Positions 38,769 to 49,470 of a stretch of 64,000 nt of DNA are shown in pieces. The notes under the pieces were generated by a model. That model was not told the origin of the DNA. It saw only the letters and a program-made list of their open reading frames with translations, and did not search any database. The stretch comes from an uncultured delta proteobacterium (GTDB lineage Bacteria > Myxococcota_A > Polyangia > Polyangiales > Polyangiaceae): NCBI GenBank assembly GCA_963716725.1, contig CAVQUB010000005.1, forward strand, positions 256,001-320,000, written 5' to 3'. The stretch's first letter is position 1, and every line of letters begins with the position of its first letter. The position numbers and the translations under genes were made by a program.

Positions 38769-39527
38769 ATGGCGTATCGCGACGAAAACCAGCAACTACG
38801 CGTGCGCGTCGAAGAGCTCGAAGACGAGCTCACGGCAGCGCAGCAGCGGATCCGCGTGCTGGAAGACCCCGGTGTGTCCGCGGGACAAACCCTGGGCGAG
38901 AAGCTGGCTGGGGCGAGGCTGCGCATCGTGCACGAGGTGGAGATCGCCGGTGAGCTGCCGCCGGCCGCGCACGAGGAGATCGTCGAAGTGCTGCGGCGGC
39001 GCTACAGCACGCTCGGACAAGCAAGCAGCGTGGGCAAGAGCCTCGGCTGGTCGAACGTCGTGCCGCAGGGCACGCGCGCGCTGGAGGTCAGCGTCAGCGT
39101 CAGGAACGGCAAGACCACGGTGCGCGGAGTCGAGCGCCTCGGCAGCCTGGCGGGCGGTCTCTTCGGGGGCATCGTGGGCGGCGTCGGTGGTGGAGGCATG
39201 GCCCTGGTTCTGCCCCTCGCGCTTGCGCTCAAGACTCCGGCGGCCATCCCACTCCTGATCGTGCTCTGGATCAGCATGGTCTACGCCGTCGTCCGCGCGT
39301 CCTTTTCCCGAGTGGCGACCGCGCGCGAGCGTGAGCTCCGGGCCGCCATCGACGAGATCTCGAGCGTCGCGCGCGAGAACATCGCTCGAGATCGGAAGGC
39401 CAAGCTGCGGGTGGATGCCGACAAGGCCGACGAGGCCGACGAGGCCGACGAGGCCGACGAGGCCGACGAGGCCGACGAGGCCGACGAGGCCGAGGCCGAC
39501 GAGGCACGGCGCACGCGCCGCAAGTGA
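38769..39527 (+). CDS. Hypothetical membrane protein (coiled coil, two TM segments, ADE-repeat tail)
   Basis: ERLGSLAGGLFGGIVGGVGGGG followed by a hydrophobic hairpin. Confidence 0.75.
   Translation: MAYRDENQQLRVRVEELEDELTAAQQRIRVLEDPGVSAGQTLGEKLAGARLRIVHEVEIAGELPPAAHEEIVEVLRRRYSTLGQASSVGKSLGWSNVVPQGTRALEVSVSVRNGKTTVRGVERLGSLAGGLFGGIVGGVGGGGMALVLPLALALKTPAAIPLLIVLWISMVYAVVRASFSRVATARERELRAAIDEISSVARENIARDRKAKLRVDADKADEADEADEADEADEADEADEAEADEARRTRRK
39426..39488 (+). repeat. 9-bp tandem repeat x7 (GCCGACGAG; peptide ADE)
   Basis: Seven identical in-frame units. Confidence 0.93.
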
Positions 39528-39582
39528 TCTCGGCGCCCGCGCTGGAACGGCGGCGCGCACTCGGGTAATAGTGCCGATCCCC

Positions 39583-42379
39583 ATGACCGAGCTACCCACG
39601 GCCTACGAGCCCGCGGACGTCGAGCCCCGCTGGTACGAGTTCTGGCAGTCCGAAGGCGTGTTTCGAGCCAGCGTCGACCCCGACGACGCTCGTCCCGTGT
39701 ACGTCATCGCGCTGCCTCCGCCCAACGTCACGGGCTCCCTGCACATGGGCCACGCGCTGATGGGCACCCTCGAAGACGCGCTCATTCGCCACCAGCGCAT
39801 GCTCGGCAAAAATACGCTCTGGCAACCTGGCATCGATCACGCCGGCATCGCCACCCAGACCGTGGTCGAGCGCCAGCTGCGCCGAGAGAACCTGAGCCGC
39901 CACGATCTCGGACGCGAGAAATTCGTCGAGCGCGTCTGGCAGTGGAAGGAGCAGAGCGGCGGCCGCATCGCCGAGCAGATGCGCGCCCTCGGCTGCTCCG
40001 CCGACTGGGAGCGCACCAAGTTCACCATGGACCCGGACCTGAGCCGGGCGGTGACCGAGAGCTTCGTTCGGCTCTACGAGGACGGGCTCATCTACCGAGC
40101 GACGCGCCTCATCAACTGGTGCAGCGATTGTCGCACCGCGCTCAGCGATCTCGAGGTCGAGAACGAGGAGTCGCAGGGCGAGCTCTACGAGTTCGCGTAT
40201 CCGGTTGCCAACTCCGATCCCAGCGCCGGGGTGACCGAACTCGTAGTCGCGACGACGCGACCCGAGACCATGCTGGGCGACACCGCCGTCGCGGTTCACC
40301 CCGACGATCCGCGCTACCGGCACCTGCACGGCAAGATGCTGAAGCACCCCTTCGTCGATCGCGAGATCCCCGTCATCACCGACGCCATCTTGGTGGACAT
40401 GGCCTTCGGCACCGGCGCCGTGAAGGTGACGCCGGCCCACGACTTCAACGACTTTGCGACGGGCAAGCGCCACCAGCTCGCCGAGATCAACATCTTGAAC
40501 CTGGACGGCAGCATCAACGCCGAGGGCGGCAGCTTCCAAGGCAAGACCGTGAAAGAGGCGCGCAAGGCCGTGAAGGCTGCGCTGGCCGAGAAGGGCCTGG
40601 AGCGGGGCGGAAAGCCCCACGCGCTGATGCTGCCGCGCTGTCAGCGCTGCAACACCGTGGTCGAGCCCATGGTCAGCACGCAGTGGTTCGTGAAAATGAC
40701 GCCCCTCGCCGAGCCGGCCATCGCTGCGGTCAAAGACGGCCGCACCGAGATCATCCCGGAGGAGTGGGCGAAGACCTACTTCCACTGGCTCGAGAACATC
40801 CAAGATTGGTGCATCTCGCGTCAGCTCTGGTGGGGCCATCAGATCCCGGCCTTCCACTGCGAGTGCGGCGAGATCGTGGTCACCCGCGACGATCACCCGG
40901 GCGCTTGTCCCAAGTGCAAGCAGGCCACGCTCACCCGCGATCCCGACGTGCTCGACACCTGGTTTTCGAGCGCGCTCTGGCCCTTCTCCACCCTGGGTTG
41001 GCCGACGGACAGCGTGGCGCTCCGCCGCTTCTACCCATCCAGTGACATGGAGACGGGCTACGACATCCTGTTCTTCTGGGTCGCCCGCATGATGATGATG
41101 GGCCTCTACTTCATGAAAGAGGTGCCCTTCCGTCGCGTGCTGCTCCACGGCCTGGTCGTGGACGAGACCGGCGAGAAGATGAGCAAGGTGAAGGGCAACA
41201 CCATCGACCCGTTGGATCTCATCCACGGCTCGGCCTTCGACAGCGTGGTGCAGAAGGCGCTGCCCGGCGCGCCGGTGGCCGAAGCGCTCGCCAAGTTTCG
41301 GCGAGCGTACCCCTCGACGGCCCAGATGGAGCAGGGCTTTCCAGCGTACGGCACCGACGCGCTTCGGCTCGCCCTGTGCAGCTACTCGCCGCAGGCCAAG
41401 CGCATCGCGCTCTCGCCCAAGCGCATCGAGGGCTACCGGAACTTCTGCAACAAGCTCTACAACGCCACGCGCTTCTCGTTGCCCAACATCGAGACCGTCA
41501 CGCTCTCCGGCGCCACGCCCGAGCCGCAGCTCTTGATGAACCGCTGGGTGCTCTCGCGCCTCGCCAGCGCCTGCGAGGCGAGCTCGGCCGGCATCACCGA
41601 GTTCCGCCTCGACGAAGGCATCCGGCGCGCTCTACCGCTTCGTGTGGGACGAGTTCTGCGCCTGGTACCTCGAGGCCTGCAAGCCCGTGTTTCTGTCCGG
41701 CAGCGAAGCCGAGCAGGCCGAGACGCGCCTGACCCTCGCGCACGCCATCGAGACGGTGCTGCGCGCGCTGCACCCCTACGCGCCCTTCATCACCGAGGAG
41801 CTCTGGCAGCGCGTGCCGCGGCCGGCGTCGCGACCCAAGTCCATCGCGCTTTCGCCCTACCCGAGCGCCGCCGACGGGCGCCCCGACCCCGACGCGGAGC
41901 GGGACTTCGCCGCGGTCACCGCCGCCATTGGCGCTGCGCGCGCCGTGCGCAGCGAGCACGAGGTGCACCCCGGCGCGCGCGTGCCGCTGCACCTCCGCGC
42001 CGGCGAAGCGCTGGCCAAGCTGTTCGCCTCCGAAGAGCGGCTGTTCTCGTTCTTGGTCAAGACCCAGGACGCGCCGGTGATCGAGCCGCTGGGATCCGCC
42101 CGCCCTGCCGGCTACGTGCTCACCGTCGCGGGCGACGTCGAGGTGCTCGTGGGTCTCGTGGGGCTCGTGGACGCGGCTCACGAGAAGAACCGCATCGAGC
42201 GATCGACCAAGAAGATCGACAAGGACATCGAGTCCATCGAGAAGCGCCTGGCGAACAAAGCCTTCCTCGAGAAGGCTCCGCCCGAGGTCGTGGTCGAAGC
42301 CCGCGAGCAACTCGAGGCGCTGCGCCGCCAAAAGGCCGCCCTCGAAGCGGGGCTGTCGTTGGTGGACGAGCTGGGGTGA
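39583..42379 (+). CDS. valS: Valine--tRNA ligase (frameshift at ~41617, probably an assembly indel)
   Basis: PPPNVTGSLHMGH, DHAGIATQ, TTRPET, DWCISRQLWWGH, KMSK; anticodon-binding and coiled-coil domains in the shifted frame (WDEFCAWYLE, LHPYAPFITEELW). Confidence 0.97.
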
Positions 42380-42533
42380 GCGGACTCACCGCGGGCGTGA
42401 GCTGGACAGCAGGGCCTGCGGAGTGTCGAGGCCGTCAACCAATCCCCGGCCCCGCCGCGAGCTTCCGGGCATTCGGAGCCTCGAACGAAACGCCTCGTTG
42501 AGGCATCAGGCGAAAGCGGGCAAACTGGTCCAT

Positions 42534-43787
42534 ATGCCCTGTTTCCGCGTTGGGCCGAGCAACGGCGTGTTGCTGGCAGCATGGCTGGCCTTGGGCTGCG
42601 GCGGGGAGTTCGCGCCGACAGGGGATGGGGTCTCAGAGAGCAAATGCAACGGCCCCGGCGCGCTCTCCGACACCTTCGAGGACGGCGAGCTGAGCGATGC
42701 GTTCGAATCTCGAATCTACGCGAAGGGCCTGACCATCGAGGAGAGCGGCGGCATGCTCGTCTTCACCCCTCCGGACTCCGGGGGTAGTGGCAGCCGCGAG
42801 TCGCGATACGCCGTCGATGTCCGCGGAAGTTACGCAATCGTGGAGGTCCCGGAGATCACGGGTGGCCTGGCGGGCAAGAGCGTTTCTCTGGCAGTCACCC
42901 AGGGAAACACGCTGGCAATCACCATGACCGCCAACGAGGACACACAGCACCCCGGTACCGACCTGCTGCGCTTCGATGTGACGACCGACGCCGGAAACAC
43001 CAAGAGCTCGACGCCTTACGATCCCTTGGCGCAGCGCTGGTGGCGAATCGGCGAGAACAGTGGAGTCTTGAGCTTTGGCGCATCACCCGACGGGATCCAG
43101 TGGACAACGCACTACGAGGTTCCCGCCCCCTCGTTCATCGAGGCCGGCACCCTCGTTCTGAGCACGAGCAACAGTGCAAAGGTGCTCCCAGTCGGCCAGA
43201 TCCGCTTCGACAACCTGAATCCCAAGGCGGGCCCCTTCTGCGGAATCGACAAGCTGAAGGAGTCCTTCGACCAAGACCTCGGTGAGGGCTGGGTCGAGTA
43301 TCAGGACAAAGCTTGCGTGGCGACCCTGACGGGGGGTGCGTTCGACGCCGCGGTGCCCAGTGGCGGCACCGGATACTGCTCGATCACGACGCGTCATGCC
43401 TACGACCTTCGGGGTCGCGAATTCACGGTCGGGTTTGGGTCGCTGCCCGCAGGCGCCTCTGGGATCGGCGTCATCCTTTCCCTCACCTCGGGGGACACGG
43501 ACCGACTCACCCTCGAGCACCGGCAGGGAAAGCTCACCGCCACCGCCTTGCTCGGAGCGGCGACGAGCACAGGCTCGCTCGACCTCGGAGGCGGCGCCTC
43601 TTGGTGGCGGATCCGCGAGAGCGCGGGGCGCGTCGAGTTCGAGGCTTCGTCCGACGGAAAGAGCTTCGCACCCGTTCATTCGCTGATCGTGGACTCGCTC
43701 CCCGCCCGGTTCCTGGCTTCGCTGCGCGTCTACGTCACTTCGCCACAGCCAGCCAGCACCAGCTTCGTCGTCGACGCAATCAACTGA
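42534..43787 (+). CDS. Lipoprotein with two tandem beta-sandwich (ConA/LamG-like) domains
   Basis: Lipobox LALGC; internal duplication RYAVDVRG..WWRIGE..SPDG versus RHAYDLRG..WWRIRE..SSDG. Confidence 0.72.
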   Translation: MPCFRVGPSNGVLLAAWLALGCGGEFAPTGDGVSESKCNGPGALSDTFEDGELSDAFESRIYAKGLTIEESGGMLVFTPPDSGGSGSRESRYAVDVRGSYAIVEVPEITGGLAGKSVSLAVTQGNTLAITMTANEDTQHPGTDLLRFDVTTDAGNTKSSTPYDPLAQRWWRIGENSGVLSFGASPDGIQWTTHYEVPAPSFIEAGTLVLSTSNSAKVLPVGQIRFDNLNPKAGPFCGIDKLKESFDQDLGEGWVEYQDKACVATLTGGAFDAAVPSGGTGYCSITTRHAYDLRGREFTVGFGSLPAGASGIGVILSLTSGDTDRLTLEHRQGKLTATALLGAATSTGSLDLGGGASWWRIRESAGRVEFEASSDGKSFAPVHSLIVDSLPARFLASLRVYVTSPQPASTSFVVDAIN

Positions 43788-43888
43788 CGGCGCGACGGGA
43801 GACCCGAGCGCATCGTCCCTCCATGGTGCCGTTGGTGCCGTTGCGGTGGGTCGTTCAAGCCATGCGCGGTGCGGCTGCGACCTTTGCC

Positions 43889-44674
43889 TCAGTTCGCCGA
43901 GCGGAAGGAGAGCGTGTTGCTGCCGCGATGAACCGAGAGCAGCTGCTCTTTGATGTCGAAGCTGACCGGGCTGCCATCGAGCACGAGCAGTACTGCGTCC
44001 GTCGTCGCCTGATCGCTCGGATCCGCACATGGCGCCCCGTCGTAGGAAAAACCCTGAAACGTCAGCGTTGCGCCGTCGACCTGGTAACTCCCGCTTCCGG
44101 TCTGGCACGCCGAGAAGACGGTCACGCTAGCGTTCGCGTCGAAGAAGACGTTGGCCTTCGCCAGCCCGGTCCAGGAGCTCGTCGCTTGCCCGTCGCCGAA
44201 GCCGTCGCCGTTCCAGTGGGTACCGACTAGCGCGCGGTCCGGACTGGCGATCTTGCGGTCGAGCAAGGTCATTTTGGCAGCTGCGGTCGTCATCACCAGG
44301 CGCGGCTCGTTCAGTTGGAGGGCGGGCCCGGCCGTGAGGAAACCCACGAGCCAGTCGTCCTGGGCGTGGCGCTCCGCGTCGCAACCCATCTCGGTCATGC
44401 CATAGCCATTCAACTCGAGCTTGTCGCCCTCGATCGCAAAGGGGCCGCCCAGCGAATTGCAGCCGGCACTGGCCGACAGCTCCCCACCTTTGAAGCCGAT
44501 GCGCACCTCGGTGCCGGCGACGAGCGTCCAACCCTCCACTGACTCCGAAACGAAGGTCCGATCGTTCAGTTTGCCTTGAAGCCCGGCGGTCGTACCGTCG
44601 GTTCCGTCGCTCGAGCCGCCGCAGGCCGAAACCAAGAGCACCAGCCCGAGCACCATCCCTGCCCTGGTAGTCAT
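43889..44674 (-). CDS. META (HslJ-like) domain lipoprotein, two domains
   Basis: LVSAC lipobox; SAGCNSLGG, MTEMGC...QDDWL, LVGTHW, SACQTG. Confidence 0.82.
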   Translation of the reverse strand: MTTRAGMVLGLVLLVSACGGSSDGTDGTTAGLQGKLNDRTFVSESVEGWTLVAGTEVRIGFKGGELSASAGCNSLGGPFAIEGDKLELNGYGMTEMGCDAERHAQDDWLVGFLTAGPALQLNEPRLVMTTAAAKMTLLDRKIASPDRALVGTHWNGDGFGDGQATSSWTGLAKANVFFDANASVTVFSACQTGSGSYQVDGATLTFQGFSYDGAPCADPSDQATTDAVLLVLDGSPVSFDIKEQLLSVHRGSNTLSFRSAN

Positions 44675-44953
44675 GCCCGGAGTGTGACCGAACGAAGGCA
44701 GGGATTCCACCGCCGCCACCCACACCCGCATCCAGTTCGAGTCATCAGTTCCGATTCGCGCGCGCCAAGCCAAGTTGACGAACATGTGGCCTTGGGGCCG
44801 GGCGTGCAGCACGCAGAGGAAGTTTTCCACCTGCAAATGCTGCGCGGTGCGGGACTTCACTCAGGTCGTTCCGCAATCGAGATCGCGCAGGCGAGCAGCG
44901 ACCGATACCAACGACTCCCTGCTGGCTGCCGACTCGGGTATAGGTCGCGGCGC

Positions 44954-46324
44954 GTGACCAGCGCAGCGTGGACCGGCTCGGCGGAAGTAGCCTCGACGTC
45001 TCGGACGTCGGCGCGGACCATTTCCGTGCTGGTCGTGGCCGCCACCGCGCTCGCGTGGTGGTTGGTGCGGGCCGGACCTTATCGGCTCGACGACTTCGCG
45101 ACGCCCTTGGACGATCCGGCCAGCGCTTCGCTCGCGGCCTTCGTCGAGCACTTGCCCAAGACGCTGCGCCCACTGACGAAGCTGACCTACGCGCTGGAGG
45201 CCTTCTTTGGCGTGGAGGGCGCGGCGACTCGTCGGGGAGTGACGGCGTTGATTCACGCGCTTGGTGCCGGCGCGTTGTCGTTGTTTCTGGTCCGGATCGG
45301 AACCCCGCGCCTGGTCGCGGCGCTCCTGGCCCTCGCCTGGGCGCTGCATCCCATTCACGCCGAATCGGTGCTGTCAGTGGCGGGGCGCAGCGCCGCGGTG
45401 GGCGCCACGCTCGTCCTCGTCTCCCTCGCGCTCCTGGCTCACGACCGACCCCGAGCGGCGGGCGTCGCGCTCGCGCTGGCGGTGCTCGGACGCGAGGCGG
45501 CCGCCGGGGCGTCGATCGGAGTCTTCGCCTTTGCCGTGTTTTGGCCTGGCATGAAGGGCACGCGACTCGATCGCTTTGGGCCGCTCTTCATCGGCCTTTT
45601 CGCGGCGGTGACTTGGGCGGCGCTCCGTCCGCGTGCGCTTCAGCTCGCCGAGTACTCGTTCATGGGGAGGCCCCTGTCCACCAGCATCGTGCAGCAGGTC
45701 TCCGCGCTGCCCGTGGGCCTCTCGCTCTACCTGCGCCCTTGGGCGCTCTCCGCCGACCACGGCGAGGCGCTGCCGAAGAGCGCGCTCTCGCTGCTCTTCG
45801 TGGTCGGGGCGCTGTTGATCGCGGCTGTGCCAGCGCTCGCGTTCTCGCTTCGCAAACGCTCGCCGATCGTCGCAGTGGGGCTGCTCCTCTGGCTCGGGGC
45901 GCTGCTGCCGACGCAATCGTTCTTCCCGAAGCTCGACCCGCTCACGGAGCGGCCCCTCGGACTGGCTCTCGCCGGGTTGGTCGTCGCAGCTGCGCCGTTG
46001 CTGGGGCGGGCGACGACCCGCTCCGGGCGTGCTCTCGCGCTCGGCGCTGTGCTCGCCGTGGCGTCGCTCGGGCTGCGCTTCACCTGGCTCCGCGGCGCGC
46101 TCTACGCGACAGACCTCGCACTCTGGTCCGACGCGGCCTCGAAGAGCGTCGCGAACCCGCGCCCCTTCGAGGAGCTCGCCTTCGCCCTCGACGCCGAGGG
46201 GCGTCGTGACGAGGCCATCGCCGCGCTGAAGCGAGCCCGCGACCTCGATCCCTTCAGCTCTTCCGTTCAGGCCCGCCTGCGCGTTTGGGAGCGACCGTCG
46301 CCTGCTGTGGAGAATGCTCGATGA
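44954..46324 (+). CDS. TMTC-like GT-C glycosyltransferase with one C-terminal TPR
   Basis: RLDD, LRPL, ALHPIHAESV..VAGR, PWALSADH, TER, LW.DA...P then a TPR; many TM segments. Confidence 0.72.
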   Translation: MTSAAWTGSAEVASTSRTSARTISVLVVAATALAWWLVRAGPYRLDDFATPLDDPASASLAAFVEHLPKTLRPLTKLTYALEAFFGVEGAATRRGVTALIHALGAGALSLFLVRIGTPRLVAALLALAWALHPIHAESVLSVAGRSAAVGATLVLVSLALLAHDRPRAAGVALALAVLGREAAAGASIGVFAFAVFWPGMKGTRLDRFGPLFIGLFAAVTWAALRPRALQLAEYSFMGRPLSTSIVQQVSALPVGLSLYLRPWALSADHGEALPKSALSLLFVVGALLIAAVPALAFSLRKRSPIVAVGLLLWLGALLPTQSFFPKLDPLTERPLGLALAGLVVAAAPLLGRATTRSGRALALGAVLAVASLGLRFTWLRGALYATDLALWSDAASKSVANPRPFEELAFALDAEGRRDEAIAALKRARDLDPFSSSVQARLRVWERPSPAVENAR

Positions 46325-47115
46325 TGAAACCAAGAATTGTTTCGACCTTGCGCGGTGCAACCCTGGTCCTGGTGGCCTTCGTCGGCTTCGTGCCCACGAG
46401 CGAGGCCACCGTGCCCTGCCTCAAGCCGGATCCCAAGACCTGCAAGATCCCGGAGGACTGCATGGTCAAACGGCAGATCGCCATGAAGCGCGCCTTCCGA
46501 GACGCCTTCGCGTCGAGCGCCATGCGCTGCAAGGCGATGACCGCGGCCAAGAAAGCCCTCGGCAAGGGCGCCACGCCGGCGGCGCTCTCCAAGCAAGCAG
46601 CCGCGCTGCTCTATCAGGACATCGCCAACAACCCTGGGCGAGTGGCGAAGAAGCTCGACCCCTGCAAGAAGTCGAAGCTCGCGGATCCGCCCGGCTGGTC
46701 CACCGGTGACGACTGCGTATTCTCGGCGTCCGTCAACGATCCGAACTCGGTCAACACGTGCAGCGAGTTCCTGAACGCGAGCCGAACCCACGAGCGCAAC
46801 CACGCTGCGAGCTGTAGGGCTGTGAAGAAGAACGAGAAGACGAAGCTCGGCGAGGTGAGCAGCTGGGTGGACCACGGAGCGGCTTGCGACGCGGCTCGCT
46901 ACAATCAAGGCGTCGAAAAGGTCCCGAACCGCGACGACCTGAACGACTTTGCCGACGAGGAAGCCGACTCCTACACCTTGGAGATCTGGGAGCTGGAGGA
47001 CGAGCGCGCGGCGGCCATCCACCGCTGCACGACCGCTCGTGACGCGGCCAAGGCCGCGGAGGCCGTCAGCAAGAACGCCAAGGCCCTGCTCGCCACGACG
47101 GGTGGTGCGCGATGA
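46321..47115 (+). CDS. Secreted Cys-rich protein with HExxH zincin-like motif
   Basis: Signal peptide, 10 Cys, THERNH and downstream DEEADSY; start overlaps the upstream stop. Confidence 0.7.
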   Translation: MMKPRIVSTLRGATLVLVAFVGFVPTSEATVPCLKPDPKTCKIPEDCMVKRQIAMKRAFRDAFASSAMRCKAMTAAKKALGKGATPAALSKQAAALLYQDIANNPGRVAKKLDPCKKSKLADPPGWSTGDDCVFSASVNDPNSVNTCSEFLNASRTHERNHAASCRAVKKNEKTKLGEVSSWVDHGAACDAARYNQGVEKVPNRDDLNDFADEEADSYTLEIWELEDERAAAIHRCTTARDAAKAAEAVSKNAKALLATTGGAR

Positions 47116-48212
47116 ACCGCTTCTCCCTTGCTCGCGCCTCTCTCGTCACTCTCGGCTGCGTGGTGTTTCTTCACTGGATCACCTCGTGCCGCACCGGAGC
47201 GCCACTTCAGTCACCGACGCAGGCGACGAGCAGCGACACGCCGATCGCGCCCGGCGCGCCCGGTCCCTGTGATCGGTCCCCGGACCCTGCGGGCTGCTTC
47301 CTCGCTCGGGCGTGGTTGATCGAAGAGATCCTTGGCGATCTCTACCAGCTCGAAGGCGCCCGAGATCAACGTGTGGTGCCTGCAGCCCTCGACGCCCTCG
47401 CCACCGGCGAGCCCGACGTGCAGATCGTCGCGCTGCGCGTGATCGGACCATTTGCGGAGGCACCCGGGGTGGGAGCGAAGGTTCTGCCCTGGCTCCTCGC
47501 GGACGATCTCCGACGCGAGGAGGGAGCCGCCAAGGTTCTGGAGCAGACCGGGGATGCCGGGCTGATGCGCCTCGGTCTGCAGTTCGCCATGGGGCACCAA
47601 GGCGACAACCGAGCGCCGCCGCTCGCCGGCTGGTGGCGCGACCCAGCGCGCCACGGCCTATCCGCGTATCCCAACGCCAAGCGCTTCCCGCCCGGCGACT
47701 CGGCGCGATCCATCGGCTTGATGACGGACGATCCGGTCGATCGAGTGCTGGCGCACTATCGTGAGAAGACCAGCCCGCCGCCTTTCAGCGCCAAGGACCA
47801 CCAGGCCCGAGAGCAAGCGAAGCTCAAGCGCCAAGCAGATGGCTTTCAACAGGCGATGCAGAGCCCGGAGTTCCTCCAGCGGCAGAAAGACATCCAGTCG
47901 CTGATGGAGCAGTACCAGAAGAACCCGGATCCCAAGATCCTCGAGAAGGTTCAGAAGCTCGCCGTCGTCCCGGGACCCGAGCTTCCGAAGCTGGAGCAAG
48001 CAGGCGCGCTCGACCTGCCGCTGCCAGTCATCGACGGCAGCGCCCCGATGAGCCAGGCGCAGTTTCTCGTGATCGAAGAGCGCGCTGGCGTGGCCCTGCG
48101 CGCGGTCGTCGCGTACCCGGAGCCGGCGCTGGGCAAGACCGTCGTGATCTTGGGCTTCGAACCGTCGGCCTATGCCGGCACGCCGGATCCGCGGAACGTG
48201 CGGCTCCACTGA
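47112..48212 (+). CDS. Hypothetical lipoprotein with HEAT-like segment
   Basis: Signal ending WITSC; VPAALDAL...VQIVALRVIG; ATGA overlap with the previous gene. Confidence 0.7.
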   Translation: MNRFSLARASLVTLGCVVFLHWITSCRTGAPLQSPTQATSSDTPIAPGAPGPCDRSPDPAGCFLARAWLIEEILGDLYQLEGARDQRVVPAALDALATGEPDVQIVALRVIGPFAEAPGVGAKVLPWLLADDLRREEGAAKVLEQTGDAGLMRLGLQFAMGHQGDNRAPPLAGWWRDPARHGLSAYPNAKRFPPGDSARSIGLMTDDPVDRVLAHYREKTSPPPFSAKDHQAREQAKLKRQADGFQQAMQSPEFLQRQKDIQSLMEQYQKNPDPKILEKVQKLAVVPGPELPKLEQAGALDLPLPVIDGSAPMSQAQFLVIEERAGVALRAVVAYPEPALGKTVVILGFEPSAYAGTPDPRNVRLH

Positions 48213-48330
48213 GCCCGAGCGGCACCCCCTCTGGAGTTCAGTGGCCTGGTCAATCGCAAGCCATACGAGCCTCGAGACGGTGGTCAAGCGAGGCGGTTGG
48301 CTCTAGGTGATCGACGAAAGGAAATGACCC

Positions 48331-48681
48331 ATGGGAGACACCCTTTTTCCTGAGTCCTCAGCCGCCATTCGGCGCGCGCGGCGGCAGGCATGTCCTGAAG
48401 TGCACGAAGCGTTCGCCGAGTTCAGCCGTAAAGTCTTCGCCGAAGGAGCGCTGTCGTCGAAGACCAAGCAGCTCATCGCCGTCGCGGTGGCTCACGTCAC
48501 GCAGTGTCCTTACTGCATTCGGGGCCATGCTCAGGGGGCCAAACGCGAAGGTGCCTCGCGGGAGGAGATCATGGAGGCGATCTGGGTCGCGGCGGAGATG
48601 CGCGCCGGAGCTGCGGTGGCCCACTCGACGATCGCGCTGGATGCCTTCGGGTTCGATGACGCCGACGCCGCCCCGAAGTGA
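48331..48681 (+). CDS. Carboxymuconolactone decarboxylase/AhpD-like protein
   Basis: GALSSKTKQLIAVAVAHVTQCPYCIRGH, EEIMEAIWVA; AAAGGA RBS. Confidence 0.92.
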   Translation: MGDTLFPESSAAIRRARRQACPEVHEAFAEFSRKVFAEGALSSKTKQLIAVAVAHVTQCPYCIRGHAQGAKREGASREEIMEAIWVAAEMRAGAAVAHSTIALDAFGFDDADAAPK

Positions 48682-48913
48682 AGGGCAGACCGCGTCGGCG
48701 CGCCGGGCATCCTCTCTCCATTCCCGGCGTGACTCGAGGCGCTGGTGCCGCACTTCCGCAAGAAAACCACCCCCATTCGTTACTCACACCTCGTTGACGT
48801 AGCAAGTCGAGTGCCCCACAGATATTGGTATCTCACGCGACGCATCGGCGCCTCGGAGTTCAAGATGTCCTCGATCAGCGGTTCGCCGGCGAGGCGAGAG
48901 CGGAGTCGTGCAC

Positions 48914-49321
48914 ATGATCCAAGTCAAGCGCACTTACGATCCGCCGGCGCGAGGAGACGCCCGACGCATCCTCGTGGAGCGGCTGTGGCCACGCGGCATC
49001 AAGAAGGAGGCGCTCGCCGCCGACGCCTGGGTGAAAGAGGTCGCGCCGAGCACCGAGCTGAGAAAGTGGTTCGATCATCGAGTTGAGCGCTGGGAAGAGT
49101 TCCGGCGGAGGTATCGGAAGGAGCTCGACGCAAACCCTGAAGCGTGGGGGCCGATCCTCGAGGCTAGTCAGCGTCGCACGGTGACCCTCCTCTACAGCGC
49201 GCATGACACCGCTCACAACGGCGCTCTGGTCCTGCGCGACTATCTCGCGGAGCAGGCCGCCAAGTCGCGGTCATCGCGCCGAGCGCAGCGAACCCCACCT
49301 TCGAAGGGACGCGCTCCATGA
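48914..49321 (+). CDS. DUF488 (YeaO-like) protein
   Basis: IQVKRTYD, RILVERLWPRG, APSTELRKWF, TLLYSA..HN. Confidence 0.92.
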   Translation: MIQVKRTYDPPARGDARRILVERLWPRGIKKEALAADAWVKEVAPSTELRKWFDHRVERWEEFRRRYRKELDANPEAWGPILEASQRRTVTLLYSAHDTAHNGALVLRDYLAEQAAKSRSSRRAQRTPPSKGRAP

Positions 49322-49470
49322 GGACGTTCTACGAGTTCGCTCGAGCGTCGTCCCGTGGCGCAGCGCTCGCCGGCGGCTCAGCGGTGGGTCGACCCGCCGA
49401 AGGGAGCCGCGCTCGTTCGACGCGGTCGGACCCACGACCAGGAGCTACAAGTGAGAAGGGAACGACAGTC

